Part shown: positions 46,943 to 58,309 of the stretch, one piece after another
Position numbering within the stretch: the stretch's first letter is position 1
Layout: every line of letters starts with the position of its first letter
Assembly: GCA_000091205.1 (NCBI GenBank)
Contig: AP006490.2
DNA length: 64,000 bases
DNA from: Cyanidioschyzon merolae
Lineage: Eukaryota
Strand: one strand, 5' to 3'
Notes under the pieces: generated by a model
What the model saw: only the letters and a program-made list of their open reading frames with translations
What the model was told of the DNA's origin: nothing
Databases searched by the model: none
Translations under genes and position numbers: made by a program

Positions 46943-47266
46943 GGCGCTGCGTCGATGCGTACCGGTGTGTGCCGCAGGCCGACGCTCCAGTAGCGTATCG
47001 CATGGTGCAGCTGCTGTGCTCGCTGGAACAGCCTCGTTCAATACGCAGCAACCGCATGTATATGTCTGTATCCGCATGAAACGCTCGACTATATACCGCA
47101 GACGAGAGATGACGCGCTCGTCAGCGGGAAACGCTGCAGCACTCAGAGCGCATTCGGCTTTGATGGCGGCGAGGCGTCTCGTCGTTACCGAGCGGGCGCC
47201 AACGAGCACCTGCATCCATACCCGAGTAACCAGCGCTGTCGACTGGTGACATCCCGTCGCTCCAGC

Positions 47267-50200
47267 TTAGTAAAGATACCGTTGTTGCTGTTTCGCTCCG
47301 GCACGGGAAAGCCGTTCCAGTTCCCTTTCGACAGACTCGAGCTCAGAACACAGCTGCAGCATAGGACGTGCTCGTTCCGCTTTGCTGGCCGTAGCCGTCA
47401 ACGACTGCCGACTTGTGAAGCGACTCCGAAGGACACGCAGCGTTGCCACGAGTGCCGGGGTAAGCGCCACCAGTGCTTGCCAATCGGTAGAGGCACGTGC
47501 AAGCGTTGCATAGCCCGTCACAGACGCATCCAGTTGTAGACTGTGATCGAGGGTGGTATCCGCGAGCGCCATCCAGCGCTGCACCATGCCCAGAAGCGAG
47601 CGTGCCCACCAGTGTTGCGCAGCGAGGCTGAGCCACCACGGCCCCAGGCCCGGAGGGAGCGCGTGTGTGACCACCACTGGCAAAGGGCCATGGTGTTCAT
47701 AGAACGCTTCCGGATCCTGGAGCATCTCTCGGTAGATATGCACGAGGTCCGTGCGCGGAACTCCGATCACCTCGACTAGAGTTGGTTGTAACCAGTTCAA
47801 CGAGAACGCCTCCAGGGACCAAGCAGTCACAATTTCATCATCATCATCATCATCATTATCGTCATCGTCATCGTCATGATCTGTTGTGCAAGTCGGGTTC
47901 ACGGTTTCCGGCGCACGCGCGAGTTCAGCTTGAGAGAACGCAAGCATTTCCAGCGAAGCAACCAACCACTCCAACGGGAACGCTATCGGCGATGGATAGA
48001 ATACTTTTGCCAGGGCAGTGAAGCGCTGCTGGAGCGTCTCTGGGGTCGGCCGCAGGCTTTCCGCTTGTAGCGACGTATCGAGCGTGCTTTGGGTGGCCTT
48101 AGTTGCGCGTTGCCGAACGACGCCTGCGGATAGCGCCAGCTCCCTTGCTATGATATTATTCCAGAGACGTCGAGAGAGCTCCGGATCCTGGTGTCCAGCC
48201 CAACGCAGAATATCCAACTCTGTTTCCCAGAGTGCATACGGACGCGCAATCTCGACGTAGAGGGTGTTGGGGTCCAGCAGGCCGGCTGCTGCCTGGTCAG
48301 CCCCGCCGCTGATGCCCTCTAGGCGCTGCTCCAGTTCGGAACGCTCGGGTCCTGATAAGACGACGCGACGCACTTCATCAAGCGCTCGTTGTTGGATATG
48401 GGCCACCTCCAAAGCGTCCTGGAGCTCGGGAACAAGGGCGAGCGCTCTTCCGTCGCCGAGACTCGCTCCAGCGCGTGCAAAGTGCAGCGCACGGATGAGT
48501 AGCGCTATCCTTTCATGAATGGGTAACAAGCGCGTCCTCCGCGGCGATAGCACGTCCCCGTTTCGCAAGGTCGCTCGTCGTCGTCGCGGCTGCTGAACCA
48601 GTGGCGTCAGGTCCTCGGTCGCTACCTCTGATGTCCCTGGATGCCTGTTGGGAGCAGTCGGCACACCAGCAAGATCCGCAAGAATCATCGCCGCTTCGAC
48701 AAAGCGCTCTTGCTGCGCATAGAGCTTCCACGCTAAATCGATATCTTCGTGGAGCAGGAACCATTCAAGCCGTTGGAGTGCCTTGGTGAGCTGCGCATTT
48801 TTGCGGAAGCTTTCCTCTGACATGTTGCCGAAGTTGATGTCCGGCTGCTTTGCGAGCTGCGGCAGTTGCAGCAAGAGCGCTGACCCTGCAGGTCCCATTC
48901 GTAACAGAAAACGAAACAATTGATCCAGTTGAGTGGTCTCGTCTGTGGCGAGCGCTTCCACTAGACAACGCCGCTGAAGCGTTTCCCGGTCCGCACCAGT
49001 CCCCAGTGATGATGATTCCGTGCTCGATAGGTTCATGGCCGCTTCCAGCGTCTGAAGTACGAGCTGCTGATCGCCCGCGAGTCGAGCTAGCGCCACCAGC
49101 TCTGCGAAAGCGCCAGCTGCCTTGAACTCGGTTACCAGTGGAGGACTCAGGGTCAGGTGCGCAGCCACCGGACGCAGCCACTGCATGGTCTGCTCGATTT
49201 CGCGCTTCCGCAGGTGTCGCAGTGCCCGATACACAGCTACCTGCGTCTCGCCGAAGAATACTGGACATCGCGCAGTGAGCGTTTCCAGAAGGGATTCCAT
49301 CGAGTCACTGTCTTCTGGGGCGTACGACTCCAACACCTTGAAGATGATGCTCGTCATGAGCTCGGCTTCCGCAGGGCGGGTTACCAAGTCTTCGAAACGC
49401 AATTGGCGAAGGCGGGCCTGATCAGTGGGCTCCAGAGACGCCACCAGGCGAGGCAGATGGGTGCTCTCCGCTAGAGTCCGCACAAGTTCCAAAGCCTGTG
49501 CACTCCTCTCCGCCAATCCAAGCAAGGAGGCAATAGATTCCAATTCAAGACGCCGAGCTTGATGGAGTGCGCTGTTCGAATGCCTCAGAGTGGCTTTGCC
49601 AGCGATCAGGTCCGGGTGCCAGGCGCTGGCGCTCCAGGCGCTGCCAAGGGTGTCGGGCGCTGTTGACCGTGCCCCAGTTGTTGGCGGTAGCATGCCCGGT
49701 GCAAGCGATATCCTCGTTGTTGTTCTTGTTGTCGAAGTGTCACCGATCCGTTCTTGAGTGTCACCGTACGAGGGACGCTCCCGGCGTGCCGCTTGTTCGA
49801 GCTCGGCTCCAAATAGGCGGTACAAGACGCGCTCGAAGGCGCGAAGCTCAGCATGCGTCGACAAGAGTACCACGAACGAGAAGCGCAAGCGCGCGAGCTT
49901 ATCACCAGTCGTGACGGGCTCCGACCAAACCGGCTGAAGGATTCGCGCTAGCAGCAGCACCACTCCATCGTGACGTCCCGAGTACCGCAGAGGTGCCTCC
50001 GGCAGACTCACGGAGCCCACGGAGAAACCGTCGGCAGTTGTCTGCCACGACGACATCGACCTGTCCGCTCGCATCGTGGTGTTCACAGCACCTGCTGCCG
50101 GAGCATCGCGCTGTCGCGCTTCCTCGACCTGACTCAGTGCGCTGTCTGCCGGAAGCGCTGCGGTGCTAGCGAGCAGCTGCGGTTCGCCTCCGAATGCGAG

Positions 50201-52117
50201 GCATGCTCGAAACGCTTTGTCGACGAGACCGATGGCGCCGCTGGGGCGTTGCTCTGCCTGCAGCGCCAGCTCCAGGCACCAGGAACAGGCTTGTGCTGCA
50301 CCGTAGCGTCGGAAAAAATCCAAAACCTCCGCATCTTGTGGACTCGCCCCCAGCAGCGTACGTAGCGTATCTAAGGGTCGTACTGGACACAGCAGGACCA
50401 GTGAGGCTTGCGTCAAACAGAGCCAACCACGGGAAACATCCTCACGGGTCAGCAGACCCGCAGGTTCGCGCTCATCCAGGTGTCCACCAGCCGATACGCC
50501 TAGATCCCCAAAGAGGGGCGCTTCAGCCAACGCGTACGCTTTGCCGCTTATCTGCAGACCGCTGACGCTCTCAAAGATGCGACTTTGGGAAACGGCGGCA
50601 GCGGAAGCTATCCCAAAACTCCTACGCTCTGCGGATGGAGCTGTTGCCGTGCGACTCATGAAAAGACTGCTCTCGGGATCCTGACGAGGAAGGAACTCCA
50701 GAGGTGGCGGCTCGGCGCCAACCGCTAGCAGCTGGTCCTGATCGTCAGCAGCCAGGAACTGCCCCTTGCACCAGAACGCCAGGTATATCGAGGCGCTTAG
50801 GTTTGATACGATTGGACTCCTGTAGCCAATAACGCGCAAGCACGCAGGATGCTCGCCCCCGACTCGACCTAGCAGGGACGGCGCGCTCGCTCCAGCGGCC
50901 TTCGTATCATTCGTCCAGCGAGTAGAAGGCCTGCGGACCGATGCCTCACCGGCAGTCGTGCAAAGCAGCCGCTCTCCCGCAGTGGAAACGACGAGCAGAT
51001 GAACGCGACGTGAGTATCGAAGAGGAACGGCGTGCAGGCTCAGTGCTCGCGCTTGTGTGCTTACCATTCGTCTCTGAAGTTCACTTGCCGCGTCGAGCGA
51101 GCCAAGCAGCCGTAATACTCCCGCATCAAACCAGGAGCGCTTGCTGGATACCAATTCCGTGTCGCACTCGGAACAAGTGCGCTCCAGCCGGTACGCACTG
51201 ACTATTCCGCGCTGCGACAGCGTATACAGAAGCCCCCGAGAATCATCTACCACCAGGTCAATGAGCGGGTCATCTGCATGGAATAGGCGGCGCAGGAAAG
51301 CTGGTACGAGCGCGGCAGCGGCAGCACCAGCAAATCCTCGGGAGCGATTCACTCGCCGTGCTTTGGGTACGTTTCCGAACCAGGACTGTGGCTCGTAGAC
51401 GAGCTCGTGAAGACTTCCATCGCGTCCGGCCATAAATATGCGCCCAGTGTGGTGACTGACCTCGATCTTCAGCATAACGACCCCATCGGTGGGCACCGAC
51501 AGGCCCGTCGGGACCAGCGTCACCGAGTCCGATCCCCGGGAGCCTCTGGAGCGCGCTCGACTGTTTGGCGAGCGCACAATACCCAACAAAACGACCTGCA
51601 GTGCCGTTGCTATCACCAAAAGGTACTCGATTTCGTCAATAAACACACCGGGTCGCGGTGTTGCTAGCGCGACGCAGCTAATAACTTGGTCCAGTTCCTC
51701 GTACACGGCAAAGTCGCTGCCTTCGACATAGTCCCACAAGAACAAACGATGATCAATGGAGATCCACGCTCTTCCTATCTGGGGCAAGAGGCCCATAAAC
51801 GACTTGCTCTCCAGGTATTGGTACTGCGCCAGGAGCGCTGCTGGAAGCGGTACCGTGCGCTTGGCCAAAAACTGAGACTGTGACGGCGGGTAACGGATGT
51901 AGTCCGGTTCTGCAGTTTCCCATGATCGCCGCACGGATAGCCACTGCTCATCCAAGTCGATCGCGAGTTCCAGGTCGGCAGCAGCTGCCTCGAGAGCGGC
52001 CAGGTTGTGCCCTTTGGCAGTGCGGCTGATGGACGCGTCCGCTGTCGACGGTTTGGATTCGAGTGCGCTCAGACCACTTTGAGTGCGCAGGTCGAATCGA
52101 CTCTCACTCGAATCCAT
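47267..52117 (-). CDS. NUP155: nucleoporin Nup155/Nup170 family
   Basis: The N-terminal beta-propeller region is AALLAQYQYLESKSFMGLLPQIGRAWISIDHRLFLWDYVEGSDFAVYEELDQVISCVALATPRPGVF (cf. human Nup155 ...[27 protein letters not shown]...). It is followed by a long alpha-solenoid. A poly-Asp tract (DHDDDDDDNDDDDDDE) is encoded by a (CAT)n/(CGTCAT)n run at 47836-47880. ATG is the rc of 52115-52117. Confidence 0.75.
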   Translation of the reverse strand: MDSSESRFDLRTQSGLSALESKPSTADASISRTAKGHNLAALEAAAADLELAIDLDEQWLSVRRSWETAEPDYIRYPPSQSQFLAKRTVPLPAALLAQYQYLESKSFMGLLPQIGRAWISIDHRLFLWDYVEGSDFAVYEELDQVISCVALATPRPGVFIDEIEYLLVIATALQVVLLGIVRSPNSRARSRGSRGSDSVTLVPTGLSVPTDGVVMLKIEVSHHTGRIFMAGRDGSLHELVYEPQSWFGNVPKARRVNRSRGFAGAAAAALVPAFLRRLFHADDPLIDLVVDDSRGLLYTLSQRGIVSAYRLERTCSECDTELVSSKRSWFDAGVLRLLGSLDAASELQRRMVSTQARALSLHAVPLRYSRRVHLLVVSTAGERLLCTTAGEASVRRPSTRWTNDTKAAGASAPSLLGRVGGEHPACLRVIGYRSPIVSNLSASIYLAFWCKGQFLAADDQDQLLAVGAEPPPLEFLPRQDPESSLFMSRTATAPSAERRSFGIASAAAVSQSRIFESVSGLQISGKAYALAEAPLFGDLGVSAGGHLDEREPAGLLTREDVSRGWLCLTQASLVLLCPVRPLDTLRTLLGASPQDAEVLDFFRRYGAAQACSWCLELALQAEQRPSGAIGLVDKAFRACLAFGGEPQLLASTAALPADSALSQVEEARQRDAPAAGAVNTTMRADRSMSSWQTTADGFSVGSVSLPEAPLRYSGRHDGVVLLLARILQPVWSEPVTTGDKLARLRFSFVVLLSTHAELRAFERVLYRLFGAELEQAARRERPSYGDTQERIGDTSTTRTTTRISLAPGMLPPTTGARSTAPDTLGSAWSASAWHPDLIAGKATLRHSNSALHQARRLELESIASLLGLAERSAQALELVRTLAESTHLPRLVASLEPTDQARLRQLRFEDLVTRPAEAELMTSIIFKVLESYAPEDSDSMESLLETLTARCPVFFGETQVAVYRALRHLRKREIEQTMQWLRPVAAHLTLSPPLVTEFKAAGAFAELVALARLAGDQQLVLQTLEAAMNLSSTESSSLGTGADRETLQRRCLVEALATDETTQLDQLFRFLLRMGPAGSALLLQLPQLAKQPDINFGNMSEESFRKNAQLTKALQRLEWFLLHEDIDLAWKLYAQQERFVEAAMILADLAGVPTAPNRHPGTSEVATEDLTPLVQQPRRRRATLRNGDVLSPRRTRLLPIHERIALLIRALHFARAGASLGDGRALALVPELQDALEVAHIQQRALDEVRRVVLSGPERSELEQRLEGISGGADQAAAGLLDPNTLYVEIARPYALWETELDILRWAGHQDPELSRRLWNNIIARELALSAGVVRQRATKATQSTLDTSLQAESLRPTPETLQQRFTALAKVFYPSPIAFPLEWLVASLEMLAFSQAELARAPETVNPTCTTDHDDDDDDNDDDDDDEIVTAWSLEAFSLNWLQPTLVEVIGVPRTDLVHIYREMLQDPEAFYEHHGPLPVVVTHALPPGLGPWWLSLAAQHWWARSLLGMVQRWMALADTTLDHSLQLDASVTGYATLARASTDWQALVALTPALVATLRVLRSRFTSRQSLTATASKAERARPMLQLCSELESVERELERLSRAGAKQQQRYLY
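47836..47880. repeat. (CAT)6(CGTCAT)3 microsatellite inside Nup155 CDS (poly-Asp on - strand)
   Basis: Direct reading. Confidence 0.9.
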
Positions 52118-52599
52118 TAGGGTGCCGATCCTCTTGGTCTTTGGAGCTTGCGCGTGCCGTCAGGGTGCAGGTCGCCGCTCGCGAGTTGCGTTCCGGTACG
52201 CAGCGCAGCGTCGCTCCCTGCCAGGGACGAGTGCAAGTGAGACGCCTCGAGGGAACGTCGCGAACGCCCGAGTCGGTACGCTGTGACGGTTCCTGTTGAA
52301 AGATGCGAGACCGCTGCGATTGATGAGCAAGCACAAGCGAAGCAGCCAAGAGAAGAGCGCTGTAACGCGGGTCGGAAGACGTCTCTTGAAACACGACATC
52401 GCCCTGGGGCCGCTGAGCGCTCGACGCGTTTCAGACGAACATCGGGCGATGAACTGGTCGCTCGATACCTGCTGGGGGATGTATTTTTCTCGAACTGTTT
52501 TTTTAAATGTATCGTGTCGATCGTAGACGAGCGGTAATAAGGGCTTACGGGTTCGTAAGTGGTTTTAGGATTGTGGGTCGTGTTGCACAAGTGGCTGCT

Positions 52600-53720
52600 T
52601 CGACGCTTTGCTGCTCGATTTCGTTAAGGGAATCAAGATGATTCGCGATGCTTTTGTAAACCAGATTCCTAGAATACTCGATTGCTTGATGCAATTCGTA
52701 TGTTCAAGTCTCCACTCTTGTCCTTTGCTTACATTTCGCATGATGAAATCACGCTTTTTTCAAGTTTTCCTATTTCTTTTTTCGAAGCAACTGGAGAGCG
52801 CAGCAATACTTTCCACTGGATTGACGAGGAAAACAAGTCGACGTTGTCAACGAACGACTTGTTCACGAGCTCGTGTGTCCAGTGTCTGCAGAACGATTCA
52901 CGTCCCATAATCGGTTCGGTTCGAAATACGCACCTTAGGTTCTTTGTGGCCGTCTGGGAAGCGGCATTCGACACCAGCTTGGTATATCTGTTCAGAGACA
53001 CTCCATGCGGTTCCCGCCTCTTCTTTTCACATGGAAAAGGGTATTGGACACGGACTCCAGTCACTTCAGCGATCGCTTTCCGCGGAGCGCATGTCTCTGC
53101 TTTCAAGGAAGCGAGCTTGGACAGATCGAAATTTCTCGGCCTGTTCTCTAGTCTTTAGTTCTGCTTTTATTTGTTTCATCCTGGAAAGCATTGCGTCGCA
53201 CAGATCCTCCACCGAAAGCAAGCGTATGTGCTTGCAGATGCAGCATACTCGCCAGGTGTATCGCCACAAAGACGCCCGTACCCTTGGGTACCGCACTGGG
53301 CACGTAAACGATGGATAGGTACGTCTGGACCTGTCAAGGACGTGTACCGAGCGACGGCGCTAGCCCTCTGGTGCCACACGGCATCTCCTGAAACAGAAGG
53401 CACAGTGAACTTGCGGGAACACCTGACCACATGGAAGCGTTGCTGCTACGAAAGCCGCACCGAGGCCAGATACGAACACAATGAGAATGGCGAGCGAGTC
53501 GTCATTGCAACGACCGTCGGTGCATGAAATGCGTCGACAACAACCGGGAGCAGCGATATCGAGACTTGAATGCGGCCATCAGCATCCTTCAACTACGAAA
53601 AACGGATCTGGAAGCAGAGGTGAGACGGTGTTAATGACATCGGGAGATCAGAAAGGAGCAGAGAAAGCAGTCGCGGAAAAAGTCCACAAGAACTAGTGCT
53701 GACGCTCTGGTTACCAGACG
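52600..53720 (+). pseudogene. compact TnpB-like element, family 3, copy a (frameshifted)
   Basis: RuvC-I-like FHWIDEEN...LSTNDLFTSSCVQCL in ORF 52682-53158 matches VFDVGTIPLKGYVSSDFCLRCL of copy b. The open frame 53485-53637 encodes HCNDRRCMKCVDNNREQRYRDLNAAISILQL (CxxC plus RDxNAAxxI; Asp at 53563-53565). About 80 nt after the stop are conserved with copy b. It sits in an AT-richer island. Confidence 0.5.
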
Positions 53721-54819
53721 CATCCCACTTTATGCTTGCATGGGTGCAATTACTTACAGGTTTTGCGGTAGAGTCGCTGGACAAAGCGTTGCTGGATCGA
53801 GCGAGTACGCATCGCTACGTGGAAACCCCCAGACTGCTTTTGATGAAGTGTTCAGAATTTGGTCAGGGAAATGAAGTCTTCTCTCCCAATAGAGGCAGTG
53901 TTTGCGCTTTTGTTACCTTGCAACGAGCCGCGTCTTTGCTATGTTGTGAGAAAACAGCCAAGAATGCTATGGTCCAAGACACGACGCATGCGACAGTTCT
54001 GGGTTCCACGGAGCTCGGCCCTTGAAACACGATGAAATGGACCTCAAGCTTCGACGTATACCCCGCAGTCTTTACCTGAATCAAAGTGTGTTTCAGGAAC
54101 GCCATCATTCACAGCGAATAGCCTGAAGGCAGCGCTCATGGTTTCTCGTCTTCCTCAAGTGAGAAACAGGGTGAAGAAAGCGACACCCATGGACCGTACG
54201 CCAGAATCCGTTCCCTTGCGCTGCTCTCTCTCTCTCGCGCGCCCTGCTGGTGAAGGTGTGCGCAAAGCCTCAGCCGAGTTCCGCAAAACTTTGGTAGCTG
54301 GCGGGGAACCGCGTTCTTTGGCCCTGCATACCGAGAGCGGATCTACAGCGTAACGCCATGGGAGCGTCACAAGCACCCGTCGCACTGCACTTGATCGGAT
54401 GTTGAAGCACCGGTGTGATGACCACCACCAGCAGTCTCACGGGATACAGTGCTTGAATGACTCATGATTTCCCCAGTAAGCGACTATTCGCAGTGCCCAT
54501 ACGCTCCCGTCTCTCAAGTCGTGATCCAAAAAAAGCGTCGCACCGCAGCGTGCTCGCAGACGCTCGGAAACGCCAGTGATGATACCACGTTTCTGAGACA
54601 GGTTTGCAGCACCCGGCCCTGTTGCCAACGATAAAACCGCAAGCCTCTGTTGAGGCTGCACGACCTGACGCGAATGCGCCTGGAGCAGCGCAGGAACACG
54701 CCACGAATGTGCTTGTCCCGGGCATCCTCCAGTCCAGTAATCCTGCGTCTCCTGCATGGATCCGAGGAATTCCATCAATAGGTCGATGCGAATCCCTTAT
54801 CCACCTGATTTGTTGGACT

Positions 54820-57800
54820 TTAGCGTACCCATAGACATTCGGGACGAACCTCATAGAAAAGGACGTAGGCATCCTTGCTGGTGATCCGTGCATTGGACGC
54901 GTCCGGTTCCGTGTCCTCGCAAACCGTTCTACATTCCACGGAAACTGACTCGTCATCGAACACGAACCACTCTGGATATCGACCGTGCCGCACATGTGCG
55001 ATGTAATGGCCTTGGTCGATAGATCCGATGTGACTTACGTACCCGATCAAGTCGTAGAGAATTCGTGGCCCAGAATCCTGCAGTTCGTGGTGCATACAAC
55101 GGTGCGGATGCTGTGCTGCCATCGCTTCCGAGCCAACACCGTTCCTTCGCCGCACGGACGCACTCATAAAAGGGGTCATGTCGAGCCCTCGTACCGGGAA
55201 AATAACATCGACATCGAGTTTGCTCGGCGTTACCTGGCTACCGCTACCACTCTGTTTGAAGCGCTTCAGATGGAAACAGATGACAGGTGGAAGCTGTTTC
55301 AGTGAGAGCTGCTTCGTGCGAATAGGTGGCACGTCACCAGCAGACCGGGCCTCTTCCTCACACGAACAGGATGAGGTTGCACCAATCGCATCCAGCGGCT
55401 CCTCCTGAGTAAATCGCTGCAAACAACCTGTGAGCGTATTCGGCAGCGATCGTGCCGCTGACGATGTTGTTGTCGCTGTTGCTGCTGTTGCAGCCGCACT
55501 GCCTGCATGCTCGTCTTCGGGACGAATGAGGTCCAGAGAGATGTCCAAAAACTCCTCGTAACGCTGTGAAGATGTCAAACATTTTGTACAGCAAATCTCA
55601 CTTTGAATGAGACCCGCAAAGGTTCGATGCGCCAGGCACGAACAACGCAGCGACAGTTGCGCTGCTACCGACTGCAAGGCCAACTGCTCCTCGGAAGCGC
55701 TCTCTACGAATCGCCGTTGAAGCTGGAGGCGACGTTCCCCATCGTCGAGCGTAGGCGTCCAGTGCGCATGCATGAGGTTCAGAGCCGACAGCAGGTACTC
55801 GTGAGCGTCATGCTGAGCGTACGTAGCGAGCGGCTCCATAAACTTCCAGGTAACATCGAGGAGCTTCTGCGGCACGAGCACTGGCACTTTTAACGGATAG
55901 CGCACGTATTGCGCTTTCTGGAAGTGCTCTGGCATGGGCTCTCGGTCCGTTTGTTTGTCCGATAGGAGCGCTCCCTTGGTAGCGCTGGTACTATGCGTTC
56001 GGGCAGCGCTTGATTTCTGATCGTTTGGGCGCGTTCGCTCCCGGCGCTTTCGTTTTCCAGAGCCGCGCAGCCTATCATCGGCTTCAGTAGTAACATCTGA
56101 TAGGGTATCCTTCTTTTCCAAAGCAGACATGCGCTCCGTTCCACGACGACGTCTCCCTTGGAGCGGCTTCGACTGGTTCAGAAGCGCGATTTCGTGTGGA
56201 CGTGCTGCTTCAGCAGACGGCGTTCGAGCATGTCGCGCTGCTCGTATGGATCCCGACATAGACGACGAGGACGACGACAACGACAGCGCTAACGAAGACG
56301 ACTCGGATGTGGAGGAAGATGAGGCATGCGCTGTGCCCGGCCTGCCGCTATCCACAAACTCCTTGGCAGCGCTTGAGGCACTACGAACAGACCCAGACGC
56401 GCCAGTATGCAGATTTGACAGCTGCGTCTCTCTGTCCGATAGCGCCGCTTCTGCGACAGGTCGCCAGTAGCCATGCGACTGTGCCTGGCTCAGAGACGCC
56501 AGGTACGACTGCGTCATCAGTGCATCTAATGCACAATTGAAGCAGGTCCGCTCCGGGTCCTGGCTCTGAGCCAAAGCCTCAACACGGCGCAGACAAAACG
56601 ACTGATGAAGATCTCCAAGAAAAAAGTTGCGCACCGGGCATAAACGCATGAAAACCTGGAGCACAGCAGACATGTAACAAGTGTTGCCGAGGTTGGTGAG
56701 GCCCACCACACCACCATACCGGCATCGTGCCGTTCCAGTGCACGTCGATAGTCCCGAATGCGCACAACTCGTTTCTGACGCGTCTCGGACTCGCGTCGCT
56801 ACGGAAGCATTCGCAACGTTTCCGCCGGTCGCCATCGTCTGGTGTTCCTGATCCATTCTCCGAGGCGGTAATCGCGAATCATGACGGTACGCGTGCGCCA
56901 TCGATGCCATCCAGTCATCTCGGAACTCATCATTGTCTTCGCACTCGTTGTAGGCCCAGTCGGTGAAATGTGCAATGGCGTGTTTCTCGCGCCAGCTGAG
57001 TACCCACGAAGGTTCGCTTGGCCTTGCCGCAAAGAAAAGCAGCTGGAGTTTGCGTTCTTTGCGCCACAGATCCCGATGCCGCCGTGCCAGCACGCGGTTT
57101 TGTGACTGCTGACAGGTACCTGGTAGTCGCTCTGCGATGCCGTCTGCTCGAATCGAGGCATCGACCGCGAGGCCGCCTTCCAGCGTCGAAAGCGGCACGT
57201 TCGGAAGAGCCTGCATGGACCCGCTGAACCGCAACAGCATAGAACGAGCAAGTGAACGAGCCTGTTCCCTCCAGATCGCTCCTTCGATCAACGGGTCTGG
57301 CACGACTCGATGCAATGCAACGATTTCGGCTGATCGGCTGTGAGTCACCGCTTTGGTGTCTCGATCATCGTGGGGGCCGCTGCTCACGGATGACTTTGCT
57401 TTCTTTCGTTTTGGCATTTGGGAGGCACCTGTCGATTCTAGCGTCTCCATGGTTACATGATCATCGTCGGATGCTGTATGATCTCCACCTGATCCTCGTC
57501 GACGGAGTGCCTGAATGATCGGCATTGCGTCGTAGATGGCGAACGAGCCGTCCAGGCGCATCCAGAATCGAAACACACCTCCCGAGTTCATGTTGAACTG
57601 GACAATATGTTGCGCACAAGAGATGATCACGCGATGCAGGCAAAAGTATAGATCATCATAGGGCCGACTGCACGTCACATCGAAACAGTGCAGCTGGGGT
57701 ACGGCCGGCGAGTGCCCCGGACGCCCAAAGACCGTTGACCACGTGTGCAAGAAACGCGCAATGACCCGTACCGCAGTTATTCCATTCGTTTGTCCGGGGT

Positions 57801-58122
57801 TCTTGTTACTCAAATCCAAAGCCTGGAACTTGAAAAGCTGCATAGCTCGGTCCTCATCGCGCAAGGGTTGCCGCTGCAGCAGATTCCAGAGCGCTACACA
57901 GAGCGCACTTTGCGAAGCAGTAGCAGAAGTGGTCAAGGTTTCCACTGCTGACTCTTCCGGTTCTGATACTGGCGGATACAACTCTGAGCAGTCTGCAGCG
58001 TTGAAGCGGACGGATTCAGAGTCCTTGTTCCAGACTTGCGGGCGTGCCTGGCTCGGTACCCCAGTATTCGCTGCCCGATTCGATGCCGTCGTCGGCGCCA
58101 CTGGTGTCGCCGCAGCATCCAT
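54820..58122 (-). CDS. ubiquitin carboxyl-terminal hydrolase (USP family deubiquitinase)
   Basis: Cys box GLTNLGNTCYMSAVLQVF and His box YDLIGYVSHIGSIDQGHYIAHVRHGRYPEWFVFDDESVSV. It has a long low-complexity insert between the boxes. ATG is the rc of 58120-58122. Confidence 0.85.
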   Translation of the reverse strand: MDAAATPVAPTTASNRAANTGVPSQARPQVWNKDSESVRFNAADCSELYPPVSEPEESAVETLTTSATASQSALCVALWNLLQRQPLRDEDRAMQLFKFQALDLSNKNPGQTNGITAVRVIARFLHTWSTVFGRPGHSPAVPQLHCFDVTCSRPYDDLYFCLHRVIISCAQHIVQFNMNSGGVFRFWMRLDGSFAIYDAMPIIQALRRRGSGGDHTASDDDHVTMETLESTGASQMPKRKKAKSSVSSGPHDDRDTKAVTHSRSAEIVALHRVVPDPLIEGAIWREQARSLARSMLLRFSGSMQALPNVPLSTLEGGLAVDASIRADGIAERLPGTCQQSQNRVLARRHRDLWRKERKLQLLFFAARPSEPSWVLSWREKHAIAHFTDWAYNECEDNDEFRDDWMASMAHAYRHDSRLPPRRMDQEHQTMATGGNVANASVATRVRDASETSCAHSGLSTCTGTARCRYGGVVGLTNLGNTCYMSAVLQVFMRLCPVRNFFLGDLHQSFCLRRVEALAQSQDPERTCFNCALDALMTQSYLASLSQAQSHGYWRPVAEAALSDRETQLSNLHTGASGSVRSASSAAKEFVDSGRPGTAHASSSSTSESSSLALSLSSSSSSMSGSIRAARHARTPSAEAARPHEIALLNQSKPLQGRRRRGTERMSALEKKDTLSDVTTEADDRLRGSGKRKRRERTRPNDQKSSAARTHSTSATKGALLSDKQTDREPMPEHFQKAQYVRYPLKVPVLVPQKLLDVTWKFMEPLATYAQHDAHEYLLSALNLMHAHWTPTLDDGERRLQLQRRFVESASEEQLALQSVAAQLSLRCSCLAHRTFAGLIQSEICCTKCLTSSQRYEEFLDISLDLIRPEDEHAGSAAATAATATTTSSAARSLPNTLTGCLQRFTQEEPLDAIGATSSCSCEEEARSAGDVPPIRTKQLSLKQLPPVICFHLKRFKQSGSGSQVTPSKLDVDVIFPVRGLDMTPFMSASVRRRNGVGSEAMAAQHPHRCMHHELQDSGPRILYDLIGYVSHIGSIDQGHYIAHVRHGRYPEWFVFDDESVSVECRTVCEDTEPDASNARITSKDAYVLFYEVRPECLWVR

Positions 58123-58309
58123 CCCAGAAGTGATGCTTCCCCACTTCGCTGGTTAGTTGACCCAGTACTCCAACTTTGCGCCCAACTTGTGATTCTTGGG
58201 ACGTTTCTGAGCGCCGTCACCGCACGTGTTCTGCGGCTTCGTAGCACGTGTTTTCGGCTACCGGACAAGCATTGATGCCTCTTGGCGTTCGCGCGGCAAC
58301 GGGGCGATC

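Noticed and set aside
46617-47249. 210-aa + strand ORF between RanBP1 and Nup155
   Set aside because: It spans the TG microsatellite and gives a Cys/Arg/Val-rich translation (VYVCAYVCVCV). It lies in a convergent 3-prime intergenic region and is most likely non-coding.
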